Assembly (NCBI RefSeq): GCF_001194135.2
Contig: NC_068989.1
Location: 5,259,478 to 5,323,477, forward strand
Length of the DNA stretch: 64,000 nt
Origin: Octopus bimaculoides
Lineage: Eukaryota
Reading direction: 5' to 3'
This document shows positions 35,599-49,335 of the stretch, piece by piece. Each line of letters begins with the position of its first letter. The first letter of the stretch is position 1. Position numbers and translations under genes: made by a program. The notes beneath the pieces were generated by a model. That model made no database searches, had not been told where the DNA came from, and was given only the letters and a program-made list of their open reading frames with translations.

Positions 35599-37678
35599 TA
35601 CACATATACACACATACACATATACACAGGTATCTGTGTGTGTGTATATATATATAGATATATGTATATGTATATGCATATACATACACACACACACACA
35701 CACACATACATACGCATACATGCACACTCGTTCGCACACAAACACACATACGTTATATATATAAATATATATACATACATACATACATACATACATGTAT
35801 ATAAACATGTATAGGCAATGGTATATACGCTACCCATGCGTTCATATAAATTCATTTGTGTACATATACACACATATGTACGGAGGAACTGTAAAACGTT
35901 GTGTGTAGAAGGAAAGAGAGAGAGGGAGAAAGGGAAAAGTTGGTGGGTGGGTATGTGGGTGGGAGACAAGATGTGATGAAGATAAATCTGATACGTGATA
36001 GAAGGGGTGCCACACCCTTCTGTCTTAAATGGAAATGTCAAACGGTAGACGTAAATAAAGCCCTCGCTTGATTTCAACAAATCTGTTGGGTATTGGGAAT
36101 AAATGGTGAGGCGGGGTGGCGGTAGTATGGATTGAAAGGGTAGTGTTAGTAATGTTACATGGTGGGGGAGGATTATGGGGTTATGATGTAAGAAAAACAG
36201 GAAGGTGGTTTCCCATATTTTCCATTTTAGACATTTTCAATGTATTATTTATCTTTCTCCTTTTATTGCTTTTCCCCCTTTATTATTGTTGTATATCGGG
36301 TGGGACATTATGTTAATAATAAACACACGCACTTGTTCTATTTCACTTCTTTTATCAATACTGGTTTCAAGCTTTGGCACAATGCCAGAAATTGTAGGGG
36401 AGGGGTCTAGTCTATTACATCGACCCCAGTGCTCGACTGCTACTCATTTTATCGACCACTAAAAGATGAAAGGCAACGTTAACCTTGGCGGAATTTGAAC
36501 TCAACGTAAAGACGGACGAAATGTCACTAAGCATTTGGCCCAGCTTGCTAACGATTTTGCCAACTCCCAGCCTTATTTGTTTTATTAGCATTAATCAATT
36601 TATTAAGGTGGCAAGCTGATAGAATCGTTAGTACGTCGTAGAAGGTCGCCCTCGGCGGTATTTCTTCCGGTTTTACTTTCCAACTTCAAATTCCCCCGAA
36701 GTCGACTTTGCCTTTCATCCATTTAAGGTCTACAAAATAAGTACCAGTTCAGTACTGGGGTTGATGTAACCAAAATTTGTGTTAATCAGTAGGAAGGTTA
36801 TTATTAGTCAGTTGGTTAACCATTGACAATTAGCTAACCAATTGTTTGGTTAGCCATTCGGTCAATCAATCATTCAATCAATCAATCAGTCAATCAATCC
36901 ACTAGTTCTTTCGCAAAGATCTTTCGCTGCTAGTCACCACCTCATCAATAACATGCTCTCTTTATTGCATTTCTGCGTATATATTGTTGTTGTTGCAATA
37001 AAAGTTCTGTTCAGGACAACACCACATAGAATGATGGTTGTCGTAACTGTATTGCCCTTGATGCTAATAAAGAAATCTTTATTTATTATCGTCTGAGAAT
37101 AATTAATCGTCGATCAGAACCTTTTCCGAACACACGCTCCTTCTATCAAGGGCCTCCTCACCCATCGATGCTCTTCAGTCAACATGTTGGTTCTTAAACA
37201 ACCACTACAGAAGACAGAAGTATTGAAAAACAGTCAGCTCTGATTGGAGCACTGTAGAGCTGACTGGCTAGCATATGTGCAATTTAGGGCACATACATTT
37301 TAAGGACATCTTGGAATGATCCCAAGGGTCATAGGGAACCACTGATTTAGACCTTTTATTGACTGAATTACACTGTCCAATATGCCGGTAAAGCGTGATA
37401 GAAGGTAGATTCGGCTGCCATTTCTAGCATGTTGAGAGTGTACAATTGAAATCTCTCGTTAGATCTCTCGCTTCTGACTGAAAAGTTTATTCAAATTGGC
37501 CGGTTTTGCCTGGTAATTCAGCATTTGCTGCGCAGTAGCATTTCTCCCGCCATGCATTCAGCCCTCATTTTCGACCAATGATACCTAAAAGCAGTTTATA
37601 TTCAGAAAGGTGACCAACATTTTCGTAGTTGTAATTATTGAATTAAAACGAGGCCTGACTTTTTCCTGTCATTTTCAT

Positions 37679-37720
<42 letters not shown>

Positions 37721-38149
37721 TCTACGTGTAATGTCATTTTCCGCTCTCCTGCTACGTTCCAACAAAAAAGAGCAGTTCATTTTCCCTCTCTCTCGTTGTT
37801 GTGAGGTGGGTAGGAATGCCGTGAAAGACGGAAAATGACTCGGTATACAAATGAAGTAAAAAATATCATATTATATTAATAGTAAGGAAAAGTTTCAGCG
37901 TCGTTCTCAATCAGAAATAAACGTAGAAAAACAGTCATCATCTTTATTTTTGTTATTTATTTTAAACACTCTTTCGAGGCTGGTCAGAAAGGAGAACAGC
38001 CACACCATAGTATAATCTTACTGCAAAACTGGCTTTGGTTATGGGGCAAAACTTTATCCGTCTGAATGAAGTTTCCCTGTGGAAAAATACTTGAATGCTA
38101 AAATAGCTATCTATGTGTCATACTTAATATGTACATACATCGTTGATTG

Positions 38150-38345
38150 GCCAATTATTGCGGTATTTTCCCTGAAGTAACTTCTCTTAGGGACATACTG
38201 TATTACAAAAAACACAATCTTCAGAAATTAGGTATCTCAAAGCCAGAAAAGAGAAAGCTAATTCGAAGACTACAGATCGAATCCCTCACTGGAACTGTAA
38301 CAATCTTTAAAAAATTTCCAGAAGTTTATCAAGTAGATATATGAG
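38150..38345 (+). mobile_element. RLE-type LINE extreme C-terminus fragment
   Basis: NLQKLGISKPEKRKLIRRLQIESLTGTVTIFKKF resembles the ...LIRxLQxxSxxGTVKICKTF end of the family seen at 23100-25060. Recognised from memory. Confidence 0.5.
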
Positions 38346-38417
38346 CATGTCTAGATATGCAACTATATGCATGAGAATACATACATAATGCAAAAGATAC
38401 GAATCTGCACGCATACA

Positions 38418-38450
<33 letters not shown>

Positions 38451-38509
38451 TCATATACGTATACACACACACACACATACACACACACACATATATATGT
38501 CAGTAAAAA

Positions 38510-38834
38510 TTCTCTTCGGATATGAATGACCATGGGATTGCACCTAGAAGTTCCTCTCCTAGGCACAAGTCCGGGTAAGATTGGTTATGGAAGACCTGCA
38601 GTCGGCCATGGATACCAGCTTGTCCCTTCCACGCCACTGATGTTATCCAAGGGAATGTCAAAGACCGATACAGCTTGGCACCAGTGACGTTGCAGCTCAT
38701 TTCTACAGCTGAGTGAACTGGAGCAACGTGGAATGAAGTGTCTTGCTCAAGAACACAACACACAATCCGGTCCGAGAATCAAACTGAATGCCTCATGATT
38801 GTGAACCCGACGCTCTGACCACTGAGCCATGCGC

Positions 38835-38835
<1 letters not shown>
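38510..38835 (-). mobile_element. Full-length SINE family C
   Basis: GGCGCATGGCTCAGTGGTCAGAGCG head, GTGTTCTTGAGCAAGACACTT body, tail ...CTAGGTGCAATCCCATGGTCATTC. Confidence 0.85.
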
Positions 38836-38867
<32 letters not shown>

Positions 38868-39425
38868 CATACATACACAGCATATATGTATAAATATATA
38901 CTGTATAAATGTATAAATATACAGGCGCAAGGCTAAGTGGTTAGAGCGTCCGGCTCTATATACAAATACATATTATATATACATATGTGTTTGCGTGTGT
39001 ATACATGTGTACACATATATCTGTGTGTATATATATATACATATATATATATATATGTTTATGTAGCCCCCCCCCCACACACACACACATACATACACAT
39101 ACCTAAGTACGTATGTATGTATTTCTACATGTGTATCTATGTGTGTTATTATAATTGACATTTCGCATATATTTAACGCCTATTCTAGTAGCAATTGAAG
39201 TTCAAACCCCGGAAAACCCGCTTTAAGTGTAGCTCCTAGCGCGGGTGCGCACGCATACATACAGAGACTATCATATACTTAAGCACAACCACGCGCGCAA
39301 GAACACATATGACGGGGTGAGGGGAGCTCATCCCCTCGCCCACCCAGCTGTACGCTCTTCACTCTCTCTCTCTCTCACACACACACACACATGCATGCAT
39401 GCATACATGTATGTATGTATATGCA

Positions 39426-39472
<47 letters not shown>

Positions 39473-39681
39473 NNNNNNNNNNNNNNNNNNNNNNNNNNNN
39501 NNNNNNNNNNNNNNNNNNNNNNNNNNNNNNNNNNNNNNNNNNNNNNNNNNNNNNNNNNNNNNNNNNNNNNNNNNNNNNNNNNNNNNNNNNNNNNNNNNNN
39601 NNNNNNNNNNNNNNNNNNNNNNNNNNNNNNNNNNNNNNNNNNNNNNNNNNNNNNNNNNNNNNNNNNNNNNNNNNNNNNNNN

Positions 39682-39734
<53 letters not shown>

Positions 39735-40335
39735 TTATACACGCGCGCTCGCGGTTCTATGTGTGTGCGTGTATTCACACATTCATATAAACATACAACA
39801 CATACAATGCTAGACGTAGATAAGGTTGACAAAACTAGGTCACGTGCCGGGCGGATTATTGTGTTTTTGGCGGAAATTTAAAGAGGCGATAAATTTCAGA
39901 AGCGCTTGCCGAGGGGAAGGAAATGTCCTTTTTAATGGGGGTTTTAGGCCCGTGATGGATGTTGAAGGGTTAGTAGTGAGGGTGGTATTTTTGCGTAAAT
40001 ATGTGGATTAGAGTTACTTGTAAAATATAATGAGGTCACTACTTATTTATTTATAGCCCACCGGCAAAGTAAACTTGAATTAAAGCACGAAGTTTCCCCC
40101 GATTTAAACTTGCAAATGCTTTGACTATATCCTATATCGTGTGTACATACATACATACATACATACATGCAAACAAACAAGCATGTTTATACGTACATAC
40201 ATACGGCTAGCCTGTATGGTCTAGCTAAATCAAAATGGATTTTTGTATTCTTCCTTTCTACTTGGTGAGTTTAAATGTACTTATAAAAATATGTCCTTCT
40301 GTTGAAATGTATTTCAGTAAATTTCTATATCTTTG

Positions 40336-40425
40336 TGCAGCTGAAGATTGCTCTGCATTTTGCATTTGATGTAATTTTTTCACATTGCTTAATTAAATGG
40401 AGTCGCATGAAACGATCGTACTGCA
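40336..40425 (+). ncRNA. Type I hammerhead ribozyme candidate with extended stem II (second copy of the 19142-19229 family)
   Basis: Stem I TGCAG:CTGCA; core CTGAAGA 40341-40347; stem II 40348-40408; GAAA 40409-40412; palindrome ACGATCGT 40412-40419; GUA triplet 40418-40420. Confidence 0.75.
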
Positions 40426-40459
40426 TTAACTTTGGATATCCTTATTGCTTATTTTGACT

Positions 40460-40490
<31 letters not shown>

Positions 40491-41401
40491 AGTGCGTGGA
40501 AAGAAGCTTGCTTCCGAACCACATGGTTCCAGGTTCAGCCCCGCTGTGTGTATGAAGTGAAAACCTTACCTGACATTGTGGTTTTGAGGCACGGGGCAAA
40601 GTTGCCGCTCGCTCATAAAAACACGTATTAAATNNNNNNNNNNNNNNNNNNNNNNNNNNNNNNNNNNNNNNNNNNNNNNNNNNNNNNNNNNNNNNNNNNN
40701 NNNNNNNNNNNNNNNNNNNNNNNNNNNNNNNNNNNNNNNNNNNNNNNNNNNNNNNNNNNNNNNNNNNNNNNNNNNNNNNNNNNNNNNNNNNNNNNNNNNN
40801 NNNNNNNNNNNNNNNNNNNNNNNNNNNNNNNNNNNNNNNNNNNNNNNNNNNNNNNNNNNNNNNNNNNNNNNNNNNNNNNNNNNNNNNNNNNNNNNNNNNN
40901 NNNNNNNNNNNNNNNNNNNNNNNNNNNNNNNNNNNNNNNNNNNNNNNNNNNNNNNNNNNNNNNNNNNNNNNNNNNNNNNNNNNNNNNNNNNNNNNNNNNN
41001 NNNNNNNNNNNNNNNNNNNNNNNNNNNNNNNNNNNNNNNNNNNNNNNNNNNNNNNNNNNNNNNNNNNNNNNNNNNNNNNNNNNNNNNNNNNNNNNNNNNN
41101 NNNNNNNNNNNNNNNNNNNNNNNNNNNNNNNNNNNNNNNNNNNNNNNNNNNNNNNNNNNNNNNNNNNNNNNNNNNNNNNNNNNNNNNNNNNNNNNNNNNN
41201 NNNNNNNNNNNNNNNNNNNNNNNNNNNNNNNNNNNNNNNNNNNNNNNNNNNNNNNNNNNNNNNNNNNNNNNNNNNNNNNNNNNNNNNNNNNNNNNNNNNN
41301 NNNNNNNNNNNNNNNNNNNNNNNNNNNNNNNNNNNNNNNNNNNNNNNNNNNNNNNNNNNNNNNNNNNNNNNNNNNNNNNNNNNNNNNNNNNNNNNNNNNN
41401 N

Positions 41402-41476
<75 letters not shown>

Positions 41477-42086
41477 CTATCTAAACATATGTATGGTTGA
41501 TGTGATTACGTATTATCCAAAGCAACGTTTTGTCTCATAAGCTTGTTAAGGTCGGTCGTGCACTCACAGACAACACTGATGTAGTATCTACGGATATTTG
41601 GAGAATACGCATTCCTATTTATGTTACATAAAACAAACATATATAACCCTATATATATATGTGTGATTTATGCTTGTTTTGTATAAGAAGTCAGGTTTAC
41701 TGAAAAAGCGTTCATATGGAAGACGGTGTCAGCGGAATAATTTGGAATATGAGTGTATTTGGGTAGTGCGGAAGGGTGGGAGTGAGACAACTAAATCAGT
41801 TTTGATAAGCTGTGGGGAGTGTGCAACAGGCAATATTTCTGGAACATACGAAAATATATGTTTCCCAAGATAGTACATACATAAATATATAGTTACACAG
41901 AGAGAGAGAGAGAGATATATGCATATATACACTCATTCGTGCATGTATACACATAAACACACATTATGCACACACATGCGTGTATTAGTCAGAGTAGGAA
42001 GGAAGGGCCCACGAACTTCAAACATATCTATTTACCTCTCTCTGTCTCTTCCAATTCTATATTTTTTGCGTGTGTTTTTGTATATA

Positions 42087-42249
42087 TCGTATTTTGACGT
42101 GTATAAGGAATCCCCCAATTTTGGGGGGCTTAAAATTTGGAAAAAAGGTTTTGTAAGGGATTATAATACTATCCATGGATAAGAAACTCCCTTATTTTTT
42201 AACCTAATTTTTGACAAAAAAGGGGTTCCTTATACACGTTAAAATACGG
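42087..42249. mobile_element. Tc1/mariner-superfamily MITE (Tc2/pogo-like termini) with TA TSD
   Basis: About 30-bp TIR (T/C)CGTATTTT(G/A)ACGTGTATAAGGAA(T)CCCC at both ends. TA at 42085-42086 and 42250-42251. Confidence 0.85.
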
Positions 42250-42296
42250 TACTTCCCTCCGTGTCTACATACATAATACATACATATAAAGATACA

Positions 42297-42333
<37 letters not shown>

Positions 42334-42419
42334 ACACACACACATACACACATACCTGCTTTTTGTTCTTACACCTGTCTACGTCTTTTGTTTCCTGTAA
42401 ATTTGAACTATACACATAC

Positions 42420-42460
<41 letters not shown>

Positions 42461-43450
42461 ATATATATATATATATATATATATATTCTTTTANNNNNNN
42501 NNNNNNNNNNNNNNNNNNNNNNNNNNNNNNNNNNNNNNNNNNNNNNNNNNNNNNNNNNNNNNNNNNNNNNNNNNNNNNNNNNNNNNNNNNNNNNNNNNNN
42601 NNNNNNNNNNNNNNNNNNNNNNNNNNNNNNNNNNNNNNNNNNNNNNNNNNNNNNNNNNNNNNNNNNNNNNNNNNNNNNNNNNNNNNNNNNNNNNNNNNNN
42701 NNNNNNNNNNNNNNNNNNNNNNNNNNNNNNNNNNNNNNNNNNNNNNNNNNNNNNNNNNNNNNNNNNNNNNNNNNNNNNNNNNNNNNNNNNNNNNNNNNNN
42801 NNNNNNNNNNNNNNNNNNNNNNNNNNNNNNNNNNNNNNNNNNNNNNNNNNNNNNNNNNNNNNNNNNNNNNNNNNNNNNNNNNNNNNNNNNNNNNNNNNNN
42901 NNNNNNNNNNNNNNNNNNNNNNNNNNNNNNNNNNNNNNNNNNNNNNNNNNNNNNNNNNNNNNNNNNNNNNNNNNNNNNNNNNNNNNNNNNNNNNNNNNNN
43001 NNNNNNNNNNNNNNNNNNNNNNNNNNNNNNNNNNNNNNNNNNNNNNNNNNNNNNNNNNNNNNNNNNNNNNNNNNNNNNNNNNNNATATATGTGTGTGTGC
43101 GTATGTATGAAGAAGGTTGAAAAGTAACACACTTGTTGATATGTATAAGGAAAATAAGACAAGGTAGACAATGGTAAAATAATGTACGTTAGCATCACTT
43201 CGGCTGCCACAATCGCCATCATATTTACCATCACTACAACCATTACCACCGCCACTATTATCACCACAGCCACCACCCTTACCATCATCCCACTCCCAAC
43301 ACCTACATCAATTTTGACCTGCAGTTATTCAAGGTTTGGGTAGATGTTGCGTCGATCCCACCCGATGAGGTGTGTGACATAGTCAACTCATCAAATATTC
43401 TCTCACTAAATTCGTTTTAAAAATTTGTCCCACTTTATCATATCATTCTT

Positions 43451-43496
<46 letters not shown>

Positions 43497-44267
43497 TCGC
43501 TCTCTCTCCCCCTCTCTCTCTATCTATCTGTCCCTTTCTTGATCCTTCTAGACAGCTGCCTCTCTGAATCCTTTTCCACGAGCTGTTTTATTCTTAAATA
43601 TGACGTGTACACACACACACACACACACACACACATGGAAAACCACGCATGACTGGTTTTCACATTATATACAATTACATTAATTTGAAATCTAACGCGT
43701 GATATAACTATTTTGATAAACATACAATTTTGCCTCCTCGCTGTGTTGTGAAAACAAACGCACACACAGCTTACATCACGCCATGGCCAAAAAATTGTGG
43801 GGGCAACCTGAATAGTTTCTAGTCTTCTATATTCATCAGAGAAAAGTACTCATCTTCTGTCCACATAAAGATTACCGTATTTGATGACATAGAAGATGTA
43901 CGGACGTATTAGATGCACTCCAATTTCAGAAAGCGCATATTCGGGAAAAGATGTTTTCAATACATTAAACTAGGGTGGGACAATTTCGCATACAAGACCC
44001 GGGGTGGTTTTTTTGATGATGTTTTATGATGCAAAATGTGCTCCTTATATTGGTTTCAAATTTTGTCACACGGCCAACAATTTCAGGAGAGGGTGTAAGT
44101 CGATGACATCGATCCCAGTGCACAACTGGTACTTATTTTGTCAACCCCGAAAGGATGAGAGGTAAAGTCGGTCTCGTCGGTATTTGACCCCAGAGAGTAA
44201 GAACAGACGAAATGCAGCTAAGCAGTTTGCCCGGCATGCTAACGATTCTCCCAGCTCACCGCCTTAA

Positions 44268-44317
<50 letters not shown>

Positions 44318-45290
44318 ATAATAATAATAATAATAATAATACTAAAGGCACAAAACCTGAAATTTTGGGAGAGGGGGTAAGTCGATTACATTGACCCCTC
44401 GTGTTCAACTGGTACTTATTTTATCGACCTCGAAAGGATTAAAGGCAAATTCGACCTCGGCGGAATTTGAAGTCAGAATGTAAGGACGGACTAAATGCTG
44501 GTAAGCATTTGGCTCGGTGTGCTAACGATTCTGCCAGCTCGTCGCCTTACAAGTACGTCTTATATTGCCATCAAAAATGGTAATAGCTCAGAGCTATTTA
44601 TTCTTCGTGCTTGGATACACCGAACCTACTTGGATTAATTTGTTATATATAGGTACATGCCCTGGTAAGGTTTGTTTATTAATTAATTAATAATGCACTA
44701 CACAGCGGCTTTTTGCACTCTTATGCAAATTAGACTGAATTACTTCTCTTGCTCATTATCAACTAATCATAACCCCCGCCACTGCCTCCACCACCACCAC
44801 TACTGCCTCCAACATCACAAATAGCGTTGCCATCGATGTCCTCCTCCTCCTCCTCATCGTATTCGTCGTCGTCATCGTATTTCTTGTTGCTGCTGCTTTC
44901 AACATCCACCTACTCCTGCTCCTCTTCCTGCCCTCCCCCATCATCACTATCACCACCACCACCACCANNNNNNNNNNNNNNNNNNNNNNNNNNNNNNNNN
45001 NNNNNNNNNNNNNNNNNNNNNNNNNNNNNNNNNNNNNNNNNNNNNNNNNNNNNNNNNNNNNNNNNNNNNNNNNNNNNNNNNNNNNNNNNNNNNNNNNNNN
45101 NNNNNNNNNNNNGCTCCTCCTCCTCCTGCTCCTCCTCCTCCTGCTCCACCTCCTCCTGCTCCTCCTGCTCCTCCTGCTCCTCCTCCTCCTCATCGTATTC
45201 GTCGTCGTCATCGTATTTCTTGTTGCTGCTGCTTTCAACATCCACCTACTCCTGCTCCTCTTCCTGCCCTCCCCCATCATCACTATCACC

Positions 45291-45321
<31 letters not shown>

Positions 45322-45769
45322 CAAGCAGCAGCATTGTCGTCGTCATCATTGCGATCGTCGTCACCGCCATCACTATAATCAAGGTCACTATCATCACCAT
45401 CATCACCATCATCACCATCATCATCATCACTAGCAGCAGCAGTAGCAGCAGCAGCAGTAATGGCGATAGTGTGCGATATTGTAGACAACGTCTGAATATA
45501 TTTTTTACAAACTAAAATTTGGTCTGTTCCGTCGACATCCACCCCAACTCACCGACTTCCTTTTCTCCCTCTTCTTCCCACTTGCCTCATTATGTTGCTA
45601 ATTCATATTGAATCGCGTTGATTAATGTCCTCCTCCAGCACCGCCCTCCCCCTCACAAATAATTGCTATTTTCTTAATACGATGAATATTTAATTGAGAT
45701 TTGTTAATTAGTTTTCATTATTGTCTCTTGTAGATGTCAGTGTGCGTACGCATGTATGGGCATGTACAC

Positions 45770-45823
<54 letters not shown>

Positions 45824-46164
45824 NNNNNNNNNNNNNNNNNNNNNNNNNNNNNNNNNNNNNNNNNNNNNNNNNNNNNNNNNNNNNNNNNNNNNNNNNNNNN
45901 NNNNNNNNNNNNNNNNNNNNNNNNNNNNNNNNNNNNNNNNNNNNNNNNNNNNNNNNNNNNNNNNNNNNNNNNNNNNNNNNNNNNNNNNNNNNNNNNNNNN
46001 NNNNNNNNNNNNNNNNNNNNNNNNNNNNNNNNNNNNNNNNNNNNNNNNNNNNNNNNNNNNNNNNNNNNNNNNNNNNNNNNNNNNNNNNNNNNNNNNNNNN
46101 NNNNNNNNNNNNNNNNNNNNNNNNNNNNTATATATATATGTATGTATATATATGTATATATATG

Positions 46165-46217
<53 letters not shown>

Positions 46218-46967
46218 TTGTTTGTTTGTTCCTCCACCATCGCTTGATAACTGACCCCGTAACGTAGCGGTTCGGCAAAAAACGACCGATAGAATAAGTC
46301 CTGGCATCGATTTCTTCCACTAAAATCTTTAAGGCCGTGCATAATGGGAAAATACTATGAATTAAATTACCCAGCTAGATGGACGTTCTAATGGAATATA
46401 TTGGTAGAGCACTAGTAAGCATTTCTTCTCTTTTAACTCCCGCCAGTGTTCACCTATCCTCTCACCTATGTTACGTGCTGTCTTCCCCCACGTATGTTGT
46501 TGCCCTGTTTGTGCTGCGTCCCTCACTACACAGCATAAGCTGTAGGATTAGGAACGTAGACTATAGTATGTATGTGTGTATGTATGTATGTGTGTGTATA
46601 TGTATGTGTGTTTGTACGAGGAAGAGTAGTGAGTTATATTTATTGCTTGCAAGCAGACACTCTCTGTTTTTCATTTCCGTTCCATGTGGAAGACCTTTTG
46701 CCAAAGTGACGCACAATCACATCGTTGCAAAGCAAATTTTTTAACCATCCAGTCATACCTGCGCTTATATTACACGATGGAACGGTTTCATACTTTTCGA
46801 AAGTGATTTTCGTTATTTTCCTTGAAGCAAAACAATTTTGGCTGAATTCCAGATGATGAACGCTACAGCTACCGCACTAATATGGATTTGCAGAGAGGAA
46901 ACTGACAGAAATTATGTGATAAACGGCGGGAAATATAGAGAGGGAAAGAGATGGACACACGCGCGCG

Positions 46968-47016
<49 letters not shown>

Positions 47017-47044
47017 TCACACATATATATAAATACATACATGC

Positions 47045-47091
<47 letters not shown>

Positions 47092-47567
47092 ACACACACA
47101 CATATATATATATGCGCACACAGAAACACTGAGCTTTATATATTTGCATATTTACTTTACTTTTCATACTTCACTGAAATCCTACTTCTTCCCGCCACTT
47201 AGCTCATATTCGCGCCCGCGCATACGTACAAACACACACAGACAGACTCACATACACAGACAGACTCACACACACAGACAGACTCACACACACAACTGTG
47301 AGTAATGCGTAACTAATCCGGTCTTGTCTAACCAAACCGGGTTGGACCGATCATTTCGTCCACCCAGCCCGCCAACCGACTAGACCAAACGTTTTTGTGC
47401 TAAATATACTGACATCAATTTTGTTTCTGCTTACCCCGGTTGCTTAATAAATTCAACAGACAAGAAGGCGCAAGGAGAGATAGTGGGAGGAAAGGATTGA
47501 GGGAAGGATAGAGATCGAGAGAGGAAGGGAAGGACAGCAGTAGAAAAAGACAAAGAGATTAAATGTA

Positions 47568-47612
<45 letters not shown>

Positions 47613-48708
47613 ATGCGGAGAGACTGAAATACGGAAGAAAATAATTTAAAGAGAAAGAAGTCAGAGAGAGACAGAGAGAATTAGATTGGTTAACTTCTTG
47701 GTTAACTTCAGTTCTTTACCTAATATTGGTTACAAATTTTGGCGCAAGACCTGCAATTTCAGGATACGTGGTTCGTCGATTACAACGATCCCAGTATTCG
47801 ACTAGTACCTATTTTATCGACCCCAAAAGATGTAAGGCCGAGTCAACCTCATCGGAATTTCAACTCAGAATGCAAAGAGCCAAAAAAGGAATGCTGCTAA
47901 TCATTTTGCCCGACATATAACGGTCCTATCAGTTCGACAATAACACATTTTTATAAACAAGGCGGCGAACTGGCAGAATCGTTAGCACGCCGGGCGAAAT
48001 GCTTAGCAGTATTTCGTCTGTCTTTACGTTCTGAGTTCAAATTCCGTCGAGGTCGACTCTACCTTTCATCCTTTCGGGGTTGATAAATTAAGCAGCAGTT
48101 GCGTNNNNNNNNNNNNNNNNNNNNNNNNNNNNNNNNNNNNNNNNNNNNNNNNNNNNNNNNNNNNNNNNNNNNNNNNNNNNNNNNNNNNNNNNNNNNNNNN
48201 NNNNNNNNNNNNNNNNNNNNNNNNNNNNNNNNNNNNNNNNNNNNNNNNNNNNNNNNNNNNNNNNNNNNNNNNNNNNNNNNNNNNNNNNNNNNNNNNNNNN
48301 NNNNNNNNNNNNNNNNNNNNNNNNNNNNNNNNNNNNNNNNNNNNNNNNNNNNNNNNNNNNNNNNNNNNNNNNNNNNNNNNNNNNNNNNNNNNNNNNNNNN
48401 NNNNNNNNNNNNNNNNNNNNNNNNNNNNNNNNNNNNNNNNNNNNNNNNNNNNNNNNNNNNNNNNNNNNNNNNNNNNNNNNNNNNNNNNNNNNNNNNNNNN
48501 NNNNNNNNNNNNNNNNNNNNAGGAAAAAGAAGTTGGTTGGTATAACGAGTAAGAGAAGACAATTTAGAAAATTTCTTCTCCGTTACATAGACGAATGTAG
48601 TCGGCTTTCAGGGTTCGTATCATATATAAAAACCAATCCTTCTCAAGACTCACTTTCACTCGAAACCAAAATTAATGACTCTCTTAACTCGTCAGATCTT
48701 TTCCCGTC

Positions 48709-48744
<36 letters not shown>

Positions 48745-48789
48745 CCTCTCTCTCCTTCTCTTTCTTTCATCTTCCCTGCCGCTCTCAGT

Positions 48790-49020
48790 ATAGCTTTTAC
48801 TTGTTTCACTCATTAGACTGCGGTCATGCTGGGGCTTCGTCTTAAAAACATTTTAGTTGAACGAATCGACCCCAGTACTTATTCTTCTTTACAAGCATGA
48901 TACTTATTCTAGTGCTAGTTACGGGACGTAAACACACCAACATCGGTTGTCTAGTAGTGGTGGTGGACAAACACACACACATCCGACGAGATTCTTTCAG
49001 TTTCCATCCTTCAAATCCGT
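48790..49020 (-). mobile_element. SINE B 3' part
   Basis: TTTACTTGTTTCACTCATTAGACTGCGGTCATGCTGGGGC tail on the + strand. Other B pieces are at 19425-19560(+), 35300-35520(-), 46200-46345(+), 49335-49680(+), 51285-51432(-), 55290-55420(+), 56555-56760(-) and 60770-60900(-). Confidence 0.8.
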
Positions 49021-49335
49021 ACATCAAAAGCAGTCACGACTGAATGCGTGTCATGAACTGAAAGAACAGTTGGAAGTTGACCCGGACCTTTTTTCGAAGG
49101 TCGTCAATGACGATGAAAGCTGGTGTTTATGGAATTTGCAGATGTGGAAGAGGTGAAGAAGAAAACAAAAACAAAAACAAAAAACGACGGTGGCGTTAAA
49201 AAAAAGGCGTCGCCTTGCAAGAGTTCCAGCACTGCTTCAAACAGTGGAAAACGCGCCTGGATCGATGGATTGCTTCAAATGGAGAATATTGTGAAGGCGA
49301 TAGAAGTGTAAACATGTAAAACTAAGTGAATAAAA
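49021..49335 (+). mobile_element. Internally deleted mariner transposase fragment
   Basis: HQKQSRLNACHELKEQLEVDPDLFSKVVNDDESWC (first catalytic D region, TGDESW-like) is joined to FADVEEVKKKT...EFQHCFKQWKTRLDRWIASNGEYCEGD. Confidence 0.75.

Noticed and set aside
39840-40010. Possible Penelope GIY-YIG C-terminal remnant on the minus strand
   Set aside because: No diagnostic residues are recognisable; the similarity is impressionistic only.
41576-41600. CTGATGT-A-GTATC/TACG/GATAT half-hammerhead
   Set aside because: The 3' half (GAAAC, stem III, NUH) is missing.
44841-45308. Identical block of about 130 bp on both sides of a gap, and an acidic DDDDEYDEEEE ORF
   Set aside because: Most likely a scaffolding overlap artefact in a trinucleotide tract. 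Similar duplications flank the gaps at 14793-14832 and 21785-21794.
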